A stretch of DNA of 26,553 bases, taken from contig JAJXXS010000289.1 of assembly GCA_021780975.1 (NCBI GenBank), positions 1 through 26,553 on the forward strand, in the 5' to 3' direction. Under the pieces are notes generated by a model. The model saw nothing but the letters and a program-made list of their open reading frames with translations. It did not search any database and was not told where the DNA came from. This DNA comes from Pseudomonadota bacterium (GTDB lineage Bacteria; Pseudomonadota; Gammaproteobacteria; Burkholderiales; Thiobacillaceae). The translations under genes and the position numbers were made by a program. Positions 9,019-19,200 of this stretch are shown piece after piece (the first letter of the stretch is position 1; the number at the start of each line of letters is the position of its first letter).

Positions 9019-11091
9019 TCAATACAAGCCCATGGCGGTCAGCAGAAGGTCGATGAGCTTGATGCCGATGAAAGGCACCACGACCCCGCCCAGCCCATAG
9101 ATCAGCAGATTGCGCGCCAGCACCACGTCGGCCCCCAGGGCTTGGTAACGCACGCCCCTGAGCGCCAGCGGGATCAGGGAGACGATGATCAGGGCGTTGA
9201 AGATCACTGCCGAGAGTATCGCCGAGTCGGGCGACGTCAGGTGCATGATGTTCAGCGCGCCCAGTTGCGGATACGTGGCGACAAAGGCGGCGGGAAGGAT
9301 GGCGAAGTATTTGGCGACATCGTTGGCGATGCTGAAGGTGGTGAGCGCACCGCGCGTCATCAGCATCTGCTTGCCGATCTCCACCACTTCGATGAGCTTG
9401 GTGGGGTTGGAGTCCAGGTCCACCATGTTGCCCGCCTCCTTGGCCGCCTGGGTGCCGCTGTGCATGGCCACCGCCACATCGGCCTGCGCCAGGGCCGGCG
9501 CGTCGTTGGTGCCGTCTCCGGTCATGGCCACCAGGCGGCCCTCGGCCTGGGTCTTGCGGATCAATTCGAGCTTGTTCTCCGGGGTGGCTTCGGCGAGAAA
9601 GTCGTCCACGCCGGCCTCGGCGGCGATGGCCGCCGCCGTCAGGTGGTTGTCGCCCGTGATCATCACGGTGCGTATGCCCATGCGGCGCAGCTGGGCGAAA
9701 CGCTCCTTGATGCCGCCCTTGACGATGTCCTTCAGTTCGACCACGCCCAACACCCGCGCTTTGCCCTCGGTGACTTCGGCCACCACCAGCGGGGTGCTGC
9801 CGCGCCGCGACACCGTATCTACCGTGTGCACCACAGCGTCCGGGTAGCTGCCGCCCTGGCTTTCCATCCAGGCCCGCATTGCATCGGCGGCACCCTTGCG
9901 TATCTGGCGCTGCGGCAGGTCCACACCGCTCATGCGCGTGTGCGCCGAGAAGGCCACGAAGCTCGCCTCCAGTTCGTGCACCTGGCGCTCGCGCAGGGCG
10001 AACTGCTTGGCCAGCACCACGATGCTGCGCCCCTCGGGCGTTTCGTCCGCCAACGAAGCGAGCTGGGCGGCATCAGCCAATTCCTTTTCATCGACGCGCG
10101 GCGCCGGCAGAAAGATGCTGGCCTGGCGGTTGCCCAGGGTGATGGTGCCGGTCTTGTCCAGGAGCAGCACGTCCACGTCACCGGCCGCTTCGATGGCGCG
10201 GCCCGACGTCGCCACCACATTGGCCAGCAGCATGCGCCCCATACCCGCCACGCCGATGGCCGACAGCAAGCCACCGATGGTGGTGGGGATCAGGCATACC
10301 AGCAATGCCACCAACACCGTGAGGGTGACGGGTACGCCGGCATGGGCCGCCTTCACCGCGTAGATAGAGAATGGCAGCAACGTCGCGGTCACCAACAGAA
10401 AGACCAGGGTCAGGGCCACCAGCAGGATGGTCAGGGCGATTTCATTGGGGGTCTTGCGCCGCTTGGCGCCCTCGACCAGGGCAATCATGCGGTCGAGGAA
10501 AGACTCTCCCGGATTGGTGGTACAGCGCACGATCACCCAGTCGGACAGCACCCGCGTGCCGCCGGTGACCGCCGAGAAGTCGCCGCCGGATTCACGGATG
10601 ACCGGGGCCGATTCTCCCGTGATGGCGCTTTCGTCCACCGAGGCCACGCCCTCGATCACCTGGCCATCGCATGGCACGAAGTCGCCCGCCTCGACCAGCA
10701 CGAGGTCATCGCGGCGCAGGCTGTCGCCAGGTATCACCGTCCATGGCCCCCGGCGCGCGTCTTCGAGTTTCTTTGCCATGACGGCTTTCTTCATGCCGCG
10801 CAGCGAAGCCGCCTGGGCGCGGGCACGACTCTCGGCCAGCGCTTCGGCAAAGTTGGCGAACAGCACAGTGAACCACAACCACAGCGCCACGGCGCCAATG
10901 AACCATGCGGGCGCCTCGCCCCGGCCCCCCAGCGCCTGCACCCACAGTGCGCTGGTGAACAGGCTGCCGACGTAGACAATGAACATCACCGGGTTGCGCC
11001 ACTGTACGCGGGGATCCAGCTTGCGCAGGGATTCCAGCAGGGCGGGCCTGACCAGGCTGCGGTCAAACAGGGTGAGCGTCTTGCGCGTCAT
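9019..11091 (-). CDS. kdpB: K+-transporting P-type ATPase subunit B, 690 aa
   Basis: [41 protein letters not shown] phosphorylation site, [47 protein letters not shown]. Confidence 0.98.
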   Translation of the reverse strand: MTRKTLTLFDRSLVRPALLESLRKLDPRVQWRNPVMFIVYVGSLFTSALWVQALGGRGEAPAWFIGAVALWLWFTVLFANFAEALAESRARAQAASLRGMKKAVMAKKLEDARRGPWTVIPGDSLRRDDLVLVEAGDFVPCDGQVIEGVASVDESAITGESAPVIRESGGDFSAVTGGTRVLSDWVIVRCTTNPGESFLDRMIALVEGAKRRKTPNEIALTILLVALTLVFLLVTATLLPFSIYAVKAAHAGVPVTLTVLVALLVCLIPTTIGGLLSAIGVAGMGRMLLANVVATSGRAIEAAGDVDVLLLDKTGTITLGNRQASIFLPAPRVDEKELADAAQLASLADETPEGRSIVVLAKQFALRERQVHELEASFVAFSAHTRMSGVDLPQRQIRKGAADAMRAWMESQGGSYPDAVVHTVDTVSRRGSTPLVVAEVTEGKARVLGVVELKDIVKGGIKERFAQLRRMGIRTVMITGDNHLTAAAIAAEAGVDDFLAEATPENKLELIRKTQAEGRLVAMTGDGTNDAPALAQADVAVAMHSGTQAAKEAGNMVDLDSNPTKLIEVVEIGKQMLMTRGALTTFSIANDVAKYFAILPAAFVATYPQLGALNIMHLTSPDSAILSAVIFNALIIVSLIPLALRGVRYQALGADVVLARNLLIYGLGGVVVPFIGIKLIDLLLTAMGLY

Positions 11092-11104
11092 GGTTACGTG
11101 TCCT

Positions 11105-12904
11105 TCAATGGCTGACCAGCGGGCTCAGGTGCTCAACGATCGGGCCCAGCGCCCAGGCGGGGAAGAAATTGAGCGCGCCGACCAGCAGCAGAGTGCCGAT
11201 GAGCAGGCTGATGAAAAGCAGCCCGTGGGTGGGCATGGTGCCGCCACCTTGTGGAACGCGCCTCTTGGCAGCGAGCGAACCAGCCAGAGCCAGGATGGGC
11301 ACGATGACCGCGAACCTGCCGAGCAACATCGCCACCCCGAGCAGGACGTTGTAGAAGGGCGTGTTGGCGGACAGGCCGGCGAAGGCGCTGCCGTTGTTGT
11401 TGGCCGCCGAGCTAAGGGAATAGAGCATCTCGGAAAATCCATGCGCACCGGGGTTGGCCAGGCCCGCAAGGCCCGCTGCCAGCACGGCTGAGAAAGCCGT
11501 CCCGACCAGGACTAGAATGGGCATGAGCAGCACGGCGATCGACACCATCTTCATGTCGAAGGCCTCGACCTTTTTGCCCACATATTCAGGTGTGCGGCCC
11601 ACCATCAGGCCACCGATGAATACCGCCACCAGCGCAAACACCAGCATGCCGGTCAGGCCCGAGCCGACGCCCCCGAAGATGGTCTCGCCGAGTTGAATCA
11701 GGGCCATCGGCACCATGCCACCCAGCGGCGTGTAGGAGTCGATCATGGAATTCACCGCGCCGCAGGAGGTGGCGGTGGTCACGGCGTCGAACAGCACGGA
11801 GGCAGCGATGCCGAAACGCGTTTCTTTGCCCTCCATGTTGCCGCCCGACTGCAGGGCCGTGTGCGCCTGGTCCACCCCCAGGGCGTTCATGGCCGGATTG
11901 CCATGATGCTCGGCCGCGGCGAGGAAGATGACCGCGACGGCGAAGACCAGCACCATGGCCGCAAGCAGCGCCCAGCCTTGGCGGGTGTCACCGACCGCAT
12001 AGCCGAAGGTATAAACCAGCGCCGCAGGGATCAGCAGCACGGCGAGCATTTCCAGGAAATTGGTGAGCGCGTTGGGATTCTCGTAAGGGTGCGCAGAATT
12101 CGCATTGAAGAATCCCCCGCCATTTGTACCTAGCTCCTTGATGGCTTCCTGCGAGGCCACCGGACCCATGGCGATCTTTTGCTGCGGCACCACGACGGTT
12201 TCGGTGATGACTTGCCCATCGGTCCCCTTGATGGGTTGTCCAGTCCCGTCGAGCTTGGGCGTGGCGTAGCTGTTCGGCTCGAGCGTGGTGACATTCTGGT
12301 AGGCGGAAAAGTTCTGGATCACGCCCTGACTCACCAGCGCCAGCGCCAACACGAAAGAGATGGGCAGCAGGGCGTACATGGTGATGCGGTACATATCCTT
12401 CCAGAAGTTGCCGAGCAGCTGGGTGCTGTGGCGTGCGAAGGCGCGGATGAGGACAAAAGCCACGGCGATGCCGGAGGCGGCGGACAGGAAGTTCTGAACT
12501 GCGAGGCCGAGCATCTGGGTCAGGTAACTCATCGTCGACTCGCCTGCATAGCCCTGCCAGTTGGTGTTGGTGACAAAACTGATCGCGGTATTGAAGCTCG
12601 AATCCGGGCTCACGGCGCCGAAGTGCTGAGGATTGAGCGGCAGCCAGACCTGCAGGCGCTGCAGCGCATAGACCACGAGGGTGCCGATCAGGCTGAAGAT
12701 GAGCAGGGTCAGCGCATAGTGGCGCCAGTCCATCTCGCTGTCGTCCACCCCGCATAGCCGCAGCAGTCGCGCTTCAATGGCGGCGATCGGCTTCCACGCC
12801 GGACGGCCCTCCATGATCCAGGCGAAATAACGCCCCAAGGGCCTGACGGTCGCCAGCAGTGCCGCCAGGAAGACCGCCAGCAGCACGAAGAAGTCGGTTG
12901 TCAT
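11105..12904 (-). CDS. kdpA: K+-transporting ATPase subunit A, 599 aa
   Basis: All four selectivity-filter motifs are present ([29 protein letters not shown]), plus [10 protein letters not shown] and LGPIVEHL. The ATG overlaps the kdpF stop (TGATG), with GAGGAG just upstream. Confidence 0.98.
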   Translation of the reverse strand: MTTDFFVLLAVFLAALLATVRPLGRYFAWIMEGRPAWKPIAAIEARLLRLCGVDDSEMDWRHYALTLLIFSLIGTLVVYALQRLQVWLPLNPQHFGAVSPDSSFNTAISFVTNTNWQGYAGESTMSYLTQMLGLAVQNFLSAASGIAVAFVLIRAFARHSTQLLGNFWKDMYRITMYALLPISFVLALALVSQGVIQNFSAYQNVTTLEPNSYATPKLDGTGQPIKGTDGQVITETVVVPQQKIAMGPVASQEAIKELGTNGGGFFNANSAHPYENPNALTNFLEMLAVLLIPAALVYTFGYAVGDTRQGWALLAAMVLVFAVAVIFLAAAEHHGNPAMNALGVDQAHTALQSGGNMEGKETRFGIAASVLFDAVTTATSCGAVNSMIDSYTPLGGMVPMALIQLGETIFGGVGSGLTGMLVFALVAVFIGGLMVGRTPEYVGKKVEAFDMKMVSIAVLLMPILVLVGTAFSAVLAAGLAGLANPGAHGFSEMLYSLSSAANNNGSAFAGLSANTPFYNVLLGVAMLLGRFAVIVPILALAGSLAAKRRVPQGGGTMPTHGLLFISLLIGTLLLVGALNFFPAWALGPIVEHLSPLVSH

Positions 12905-12993
12905 CAGAACTCCTCGGCACGGAACAGGGCATAGAGCAGATAGACCAGCAACGCCAGCGCCGCCAATCCGCCCACCAGGTAAAACATGTTCAT
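12904..12993 (-). CDS. kdpF: K+-transporting ATPase subunit F, 29 aa (not in the ORF track)
   Basis: MNMFYLVGGLAALALLVYLLYALFRAEEF-TGA. Single TM ending in the KdpF signature YL(L)YAL(F)-x-(A/P)E-x-F, with its stop overlapping the kdpA ATG by 1 nt. SD-like GGAAAGGA upstream. Confidence 0.93.
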   Translation of the reverse strand: MNMFYLVGGLAALALLVYLLYALFRAEEF

Positions 12994-12994
12994 C

Positions 12995-13087
12995 TCATTT
13001 CCTTTCCATCAAGCGCTCGCAGAAAGGGATGAGGGCTGCCGTCAATGCAAACAAGACGACGACCAGCAGCAGATAGACGGCATCCAT
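12995..13087 (-). CDS. Small single-pass membrane peptide, 30 aa, first ORF of the kdp operon (not in the ORF track)
   Basis: MDAVYLLLVVVLFALTAALIPFCERLMERK-TGA. SD-like GGAAGGA just upstream of the ATG. The stop is 1 nt before the kdpF ATG, and the ORF lies downstream of the predicted KdpE-dependent promoter. Confidence 0.75.
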   Translation of the reverse strand: MDAVYLLLVVVLFALTAALIPFCERLMERK

Positions 13088-13118
13088 GACATCCTTCCCG
13101 ACAGTCACACGGATTTTC

Positions 13119-13124
13119 AGCTTA
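13119..13124 (-). promoter_or_regulatory. Putative -10 element (TAAGCT) of the kdp promoter
   Basis: TAnnnT hexamer. It implies a start site near 13112, which puts the KdpE box at about -53 to -71, similar to the E. coli kdpFABC geometry. Confidence 0.5.
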
Positions 13125-13164
13125 GCCAGCCGTGCGAATATTTTTCGAAAAGATGGTTGGTGCG

Positions 13165-13183
13165 GGCGTAAATATTATGTAAA
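13165..13183 (-). promoter_or_regulatory. KdpE binding site
   Basis: Minus strand TTTACATAATATTTACGCC versus the E. coli site TTTATACTTTTTTTACACC: same TTTA half-sites 11 bp apart and a similar CRCC end. Confidence 0.75.
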
Positions 13184-13355
13184 CGCGGAATGCCGATGCC
13201 GACGCCACTGTTGCGCCACAGGCCAACGCGCGCCCCGCAGAACGTCAAAAGACCCCGCGGGCGCGCTGAGGTAATTCCGGAAAGCGGGGTCTGCCTGGGT
13301 GCCTATTGAGCCCTCTTCCGGCACCGCACCATTTCGCCAATACCCACAAATCCGC

Positions 13356-13377
13356 GCCAGCTATGGAATTAGCTGGC
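13356..13377 (-). terminator. Hairpin just downstream of ppc, possible terminator
   Basis: Perfect 8-bp stem GCCAGCTA/TAGCTGGC with a 6-nt loop, 5 nt after the ppc TAG. The U-tract is weak (GCGGATTTGT). Confidence 0.35.
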
Positions 13378-13382
13378 CCAGG

Positions 13383-16235
13383 CTAGCCGGTATTACGCAT
13401 ACCGTTGGCGATGGCGTTGATGGAGCGCTTGAGCGACAGCAGCCAAGCCTCCCTTTCCCGCTCCGTCCGGCTGGCGTCGCGGTAGCGCTCCAACAGGCGC
13501 ACCTGGATGTGGTTGAGCGGGTCCATGTAGGGCTTGCGCCGCGCCAGCGACACCGCCAGCGCCGGATTCTCCGCCAGCAGGTTATCGCTACCGGCGACGC
13601 GCTTGACCCACGCCACCGTGGCGGCGAATTCCGCCGCGATGGCCGCATAGATGTCGCCGGCGTTTTCCGCCCTGGACAGCCGTGCGTACTCGCCGGCAAT
13701 CTCCATGTCGGCCTTGGCCAGCGACATCTGCACGTTGGACAGCAGGGCACGGAAGAAGGGCCAGCGGGCGTACATCTCCTGCAGCAGCGGCAGCTGCGCC
13801 TCGCCCGCCTCCCTCAGCGCGGTGCCGATGCCGTACCAGGCCGGGAGCGTATGGCGCGACTGCGCCCAGCCGAACACCCAGGGGATGGCGCGTATCGAGC
13901 CCATCGAGCGGTCGGCCTTCTTGCGGTGCGAAGGGCGCGAGCCGATATTGAGCGAACCGATTTCCGATACCGGCGTGGCATCGTAGAAATAGTCGAGGAA
14001 ATGGGGGGTGTGCTCGGTCATGCGGCGGTAGGCGACCTCCCCGCTCTGGGCAAGGCGGGCCATGAGGTCCAGATAGCCCTGCGGATAATCCACGCGGCCA
14101 TGGGCCAGGGCCGTGCGGCTCGCCTTGATGAGGCCTGTCGCCCCCATGCCGATCTCGTAGGCGGCGGTCTCCGGATTGCTGTACTTGTAATAGAGCATCT
14201 CGCCCTGCTCGGTGAACTTGATCTCGCCGTTCACCGTGCCGGGCGGCTGCGACAAGATGGCCTCGTGGGTCGGGCCGCCACCGCGTCCCACGGTGCCGCC
14301 GCGGCCATGAAACAGGCGGCATTCGATGCCATGCGAGCGTGTCAAGGCGATGATGGATAGCTGCGCCTGATAGAGATTCCACGTCGAGGCGAGGATGCCA
14401 CCGTCCTTGCAGGAATCGGAATAGCCCAGCATCACCTCCTGGCGGTTGCCGTTGGCCGCCAGCAGCGCGCGATAGACCTTGTTGCTGAAAAGCTCCTGCA
14501 GGATGGCATCGCTGCGGCGCAAATCCTCGATGGTCTCGAACAGTGGCGCCACCATCAGATGGCAGTACCAGTCGCCGCCACTGTAGCCGCACAAACCCAC
14601 CAGGCGCCCCAGGAACAGCACCTCCAGGACATGGGACGCCGCATGGGTCATGGAGATGACATAGGCGCCAAACGTGTCTGCGCCGACTTCGGCACGCAGC
14701 TTCGCCACGCGGCGGAACACTTCCAGCGTCTCGCGCGCCTCTTCGTCGAGCCCACCCTCGTCGAAGCTGATGGGATCGATGTGCGCGATCCAGGCGGAGA
14801 GGCGGGCCTGGCGTGCGTCCTCGCTCGCCCCCGCATAGTCGTAGTCTGGATCGATCAGACCAAGCAGCGCGGCCACGGCGCGGGTATGCACGGTGGATTC
14901 CTGACGGATGTCGAGTTGCAGAAGATGAAAACCGAAACTCTCGACCAGACGGATCAGCTTGCGCAACTCCTGGTTGGCGATGATGCGGTCACCGTCCGCC
15001 GCCAGGGAGTCCCGCAACAGGTGCAGGTCGCGCAAAAATTCCTCCGCCTCGGCGTACGCCAGCTGACTGCGGATGGCCGGCATGCCGGCCAGGCACTGGT
15101 TCACGTAGGAAAGGTTTGCCTCCAGACGCGCGAGCATGAAGCCGGCCATGCGCCGATAGGGCTCGCTGGCATACAGGCGCGTTGCGGAGCCGCGGTACAC
15201 CTGTTCGGCATATTCGCTCTCGTAATATTTCAGGCGCTTCTTGAATGACGCCGTCAGGTGGCACCAGTTCAAGCTGTGAGTGAGCGTCTGGCGCAGTTCG
15301 AGCACCCGCCCCACATATTCCTCCAGCGCCGTACGCATGTGGGTATGCACGGTCCATTCGGTGATTTCGGCCGTGACATAAGGGTTGCCGTCCCTGTCCC
15401 CGCCGATCCAAGACCCGAAGCGGACGAAGCTGGGTACGGTCACCACCGGCTCGCCGGCGGCGTCCGTGCCGTAATGCTTGCGTACGGCCTTTTCAAGAAA
15501 GTGGTAGGCCTGCGGCACCGCCTCGAACAGGCTTTCCTTGACGTAATACAGCCCGTTGCGCACCTCGTCCTGGACCTCGAGTTTGGCGGAGCGGATCTCA
15601 TCGGTGCGCCACAGCACCTGGATCTCGGCCGCCAGTTGGTATTCAGTTTCGGCGCGGCCGTCCTGGCCCAGCGTGGGATCGTTCAGGCGGTCGCACAGCA
15701 GGAAGATGCGCCGCATCCCTTCCATCACGGCGCGTCGGCGCGCCTCCGTGGGATGCGCAGTGAACACCGGCATGTAGCTCGAGCGCTGCAGCAATGCCTC
15801 CAGCGTACTCGCCGACAACCCCTCCTCCTTGAGAGCTGCCAGGGTGCGTTCGAACGACCCCTCCCAGAGGCCCACGCCATGCGTCAGCAGGCGGCGGCGA
15901 TTGCGATGCGCATAGCTTTCTTCCGCCACGTTGACGAGCTTGAAATAGGCGGAAAAGGCGCGCACCACGAGCTCCAGCTTTTCCGCCGGCAGGGCATCGA
16001 TGAGGGCCATGAGCTCAGCGCGACGCGCCTCATCCTCCTGCTGGTGGAGATCGGCAAAACCGCGCCGCAAGGCCTCGACCGCCTCGAACACCTCCTCGCC
16101 CGCATGCTCGACGAGCACCTCGCCCAGGAGTTGCCCCAGGAGCTTCACCTGGGCGCGCAGTTGATCATCGGTAAGAAGTTCCAAGGGGGCATTCATGGCA
16201 TGTGAGGTCGAGCGGGCAACGGGTGATTTTCGCAT
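13383..16235 (-). CDS. ppc: Phosphoenolpyruvate carboxylase (bacterial type), 950 aa
   Basis: VFTAHPTE, GSWIGGDRDGNP, LDIRQES, PLFETIEDL, QEVMLGYSDSCKDGG, FHGRGGTVGRGGGP, TEQGE, IGSRP, RAIPWVFGWAQSR, C-terminal GMRNTG. ATG 16235 has GAGAGG upstream; ATG 16196 is an alternative start. Confidence 0.98.
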   Translation of the reverse strand: MRKSPVARSTSHAMNAPLELLTDDQLRAQVKLLGQLLGEVLVEHAGEEVFEAVEALRRGFADLHQQEDEARRAELMALIDALPAEKLELVVRAFSAYFKLVNVAEESYAHRNRRRLLTHGVGLWEGSFERTLAALKEEGLSASTLEALLQRSSYMPVFTAHPTEARRRAVMEGMRRIFLLCDRLNDPTLGQDGRAETEYQLAAEIQVLWRTDEIRSAKLEVQDEVRNGLYYVKESLFEAVPQAYHFLEKAVRKHYGTDAAGEPVVTVPSFVRFGSWIGGDRDGNPYVTAEITEWTVHTHMRTALEEYVGRVLELRQTLTHSLNWCHLTASFKKRLKYYESEYAEQVYRGSATRLYASEPYRRMAGFMLARLEANLSYVNQCLAGMPAIRSQLAYAEAEEFLRDLHLLRDSLAADGDRIIANQELRKLIRLVESFGFHLLQLDIRQESTVHTRAVAALLGLIDPDYDYAGASEDARQARLSAWIAHIDPISFDEGGLDEEARETLEVFRRVAKLRAEVGADTFGAYVISMTHAASHVLEVLFLGRLVGLCGYSGGDWYCHLMVAPLFETIEDLRRSDAILQELFSNKVYRALLAANGNRQEVMLGYSDSCKDGGILASTWNLYQAQLSIIALTRSHGIECRLFHGRGGTVGRGGGPTHEAILSQPPGTVNGEIKFTEQGEMLYYKYSNPETAAYEIGMGATGLIKASRTALAHGRVDYPQGYLDLMARLAQSGEVAYRRMTEHTPHFLDYFYDATPVSEIGSLNIGSRPSHRKKADRSMGSIRAIPWVFGWAQSRHTLPAWYGIGTALREAGEAQLPLLQEMYARWPFFRALLSNVQMSLAKADMEIAGEYARLSRAENAGDIYAAIAAEFAATVAWVKRVAGSDNLLAENPALAVSLARRKPYMDPLNHIQVRLLERYRDASRTEREREAWLLSLKRSINAIANGMRNTG

Positions 16236-16247
16236 TTTTGCAACCTC

Positions 16248-19200
16248 TCAGCCGAGCCAGGCGCGCGCATTGCGGAACATGCGCAGCCAGGGGCCGTCTT
16301 CGCCCAGTCCGTCGGGCCGCCACGACAGCTGCACCGCGCGGAAGGCGCGCTCGGGATGCGGCATGAGGATGGTGAAGCGTCCGTCGGCCGTGGTGAAGGC
16401 GGTGGCGCCTCCCGCCGAACCGTTGGGATTGAGAGGATAGACCTCGGTCGGTCTTCCATGGTGATCGACATAGCGCAGCGCCGCGATGGCCGCGCCGGCA
16501 TGTGCCGGCTCGCGGTAAGCCACCCGGCCCTCGCCGTGAGACACGACGATGGGCAGACGCGATCCCTGCATGCCGGCGAAGAAAAGGGACGGCGAATGCA
16601 GCACCTCCACCATCACGAAGCGCGCCTCGAACTGTTCCGACAGGTTGCGCTCGAAGCGCGGCCAGGCCTCGGCGCCAGGAATCAGTTCGTGCAGCTGACT
16701 CATCATCTGGCAGCCGTTGCATACGCCCAGGGCGAAGGTATCGGTGCGCGCGAAGAAGGCGGCAAACTCGTCACGCGCCTGGGCGTTGAAGAGGATGGAT
16801 TTGGCCCAGCCGCCACCGGCGCCCAGCACGTCGCCGTAGGAGAATCCGCCGCACGCGGCCATGCCGTGAAAATCGGCGAGGCGCGTGTGCCCGCTCAGGA
16901 TGTCGCTCATGTGCACATCGTGCGCGGCAAAGCCGGCGCGCTCAAAAGCTGCCGCCATCTCGACATGGCCGTTGACGCCCTGCTCCCGCAGGATCGCCAC
17001 GCGCGGACGCGCGCCGCGCCCCACGTAGGGCGCCGCCACGTCGGCGGCGGGATCGAAGCTCAGCGCGCATGCGAGCCCGGGATCGTTGGCCTCCGCCTGA
17101 CGCGCGTATTCCTGCTCCGCGCATGCGGGGTTGTCGCGCAGGCGCGCCACCTGGTAGCTGGTTTCGGTCCATGCCGCCTGGAGCACCGTGCGCCGCTCCT
17201 CGTACACGCAGGCATCGAGGCGGAAGACGCGCAGGATGTCCAGAGCATTGAGGGTGCCGACAATATGGAATTCGGAGCGCAGACCGGCGCCGAAGAACGC
17301 GGCCATCACCGCAGGCGTGTCGCGACGACGCACCTGCAGCACGGCGCCTGCCTCCTCGTTGAAGAGGACGCTGAAGAGCCTCTCGCTGTAGGTGCCGGGG
17401 TTGACCTCGGGCTCCGCCTCGCCGGCCTCCTCCACATCCAGGCGGATCTTGTCGTAGCACAGCTCATCGACATCGAGGTCCACGCCGCAGCGGCCGGCAA
17501 ACGCCATCTCCGCAAGGCAGGCAAAGAGCCCGCCGTCCGAGCGGTCGTGATAGGCCAGTATGCGACCCTCGCGCTGCAGCATCTGCAGGGTAGTGAAAAA
17601 CGCCTGCATGCGCGCGGCGTCCGGCGCATCGGGACAGCTATCGCCCACCTGCTTGTAAGCCTGGGCGAAGCTGGAGGCGCCAAGGCGATTCTTACCCAGC
17701 CCCAGGTCGATGAGGATCAGATCGGTGTCGCCCGCATCGGTGCGCAGTTGCGGGGTGAGATGGCGCGCCGCGTCAGGGGTGCGGGCGAACGCGGAAACCA
17801 CCAGGGAAATCGGAGCAATGACCGCCTTGTCCTGGCCTGCCTCGCGCCACACGGTTTTCATGCTCATGGAATCCTTGCCCACGGGGATGCTGATGCCCAG
17901 CTCCTGGCAATAGCGCGATACCGCCTCCACCGTGTCGTACAGGTCGGCATCCTCGCCGGGATGGCCGGCAGGCGCCATCCAGTTGGCGGACAGCTTGATC
18001 TCGGCGAGGCTGTCCACGCTCGCCGCTGCCAGATTGGTCAGCGCCTCCGCCACAGCCATGCGCCCTGCGGCAGGTGCGTCCAGCAACGCCAGCGGGGCTT
18101 TCTCGCCGAGCGCAAAGGCTTCGCCCTGCAAGGTCTTGTAGCCCATCACGGTGATGGCGCAGTCGGCCACCGGCACCTGCCAGGGACCGACGTTCTGGTC
18201 GCGCGCGGTGAGGCCGCCGACGCTGCGATCGCCGATGCTGATGAGGAACTGCTTGGACGCCACGCCCGGCATGCGCAGCACGCGCAGCGCCGCTTCCTTG
18301 AGGTCGATGCCGGCCAGCTGCAGGGGCGACCGCTCTGACGGCACATGCTCGACCTGGCGCGTCATTTTCGGCGGCTTGCCGAGAATCACCTCCAGCGGCA
18401 CGTTCACAGGCCAGTTGTGGAAATGGCTGTCGCTCACCTGCAGCAGACCTTCCGCGGTGGCCTCCCCGAGCACTGCATAGGGGCAGCGCTCGCGCCGGCA
18501 GTACGCCTCGAAGTCCGCCAGGCGCTCCGGCGTGATGGCCAGCACATAGCGTTCCTGCGCCTCGTTGCACCAGATCTCGCGCGGCGACATGCCGCTGGCT
18601 TCGAGAGGAACTGCGCGCAATTCGAAGCGCCCGCCGCGCCCGCCGCCGTGCACCAGTTCCGGCAAGGCGTTGGACAAGCCGCCGGCGCCGACGTCATGGA
18701 TGGAAAGAATGGGGTTGTCGGCGCCCTGCTGCCAGCAGCGATCGATGACCTCCTGGGCGCGCCGCTGCATCTCCGGGTTGCCGCGCTGCACCGAATCGAA
18801 GTCGAGGTCTTCGGTGTTGGCTCCCGTGCTCATGCTGGAGGCCGCACCGCCACCGAGGCCGATGAGCAGGCCCGGGCCGCCGAGCTGGATGAGCAAGGCG
18901 CCGGCCGGCAAGGGCTGCTTGTGCACGTGATCGGCGCTTATGCTGCCCACGCCGCCAGCGAGCATGATGGGCTTGTGGTAGCCGCGCCGCTCGCCATTGA
19001 AGGTTTCCTCGAAGGTGCGGAAATAGCCGGCGAGATTGGGGCGGCCGAATTCGTTGTTGAACGCGGCCGCGCCGATGGGGCCCTCGATCATGATATCGAG
19101 CGCCGAAACGATGCGCCCGGGCCGTCCATACGGCTGCGCCTCCCAGGGCTGCGGCCAGCCGGGGATATTGAGGTTGGAGACGGAAAAGCCCGCCAGCCCG

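Noticed and set aside
8944-11115. 723-aa plus-strand ORF antisense to kdpB, and similar long ORFs at 404-1126, 838-2052, 2959-4599, 6404-8266, 16356-18338, 18345-20162 and 22963-24078
   Set aside because: These are shadow frames of high-GC genes. They are rich in R/A/G/H/Q, have no recognisable motifs, and overlap well-supported genes almost entirely.
13088-13382. c-di-AMP (ydaO) or cobalamin riboswitch ahead of kdp
   Set aside because: The ydaO cores (GCTGAATC, GGGGTGAA, CCCGAACC-GTCAGCTAACC) are absent. CCCAGGCAGACC only loosely resembles the cobalamin 3' motif, and the GGGAA and GCAACTG boxes are missing. The structures also lie upstream of the KdpE-dependent promoter.
17370-17470. Acidic insertion in PurL ([32 protein letters not shown]) as a possible intein or mobile insert
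   Set aside because: It is far too short and has no intein Cys/Ser start or His-Asn end. It sits in a loop that I recall being variable in length among large PurL proteins.
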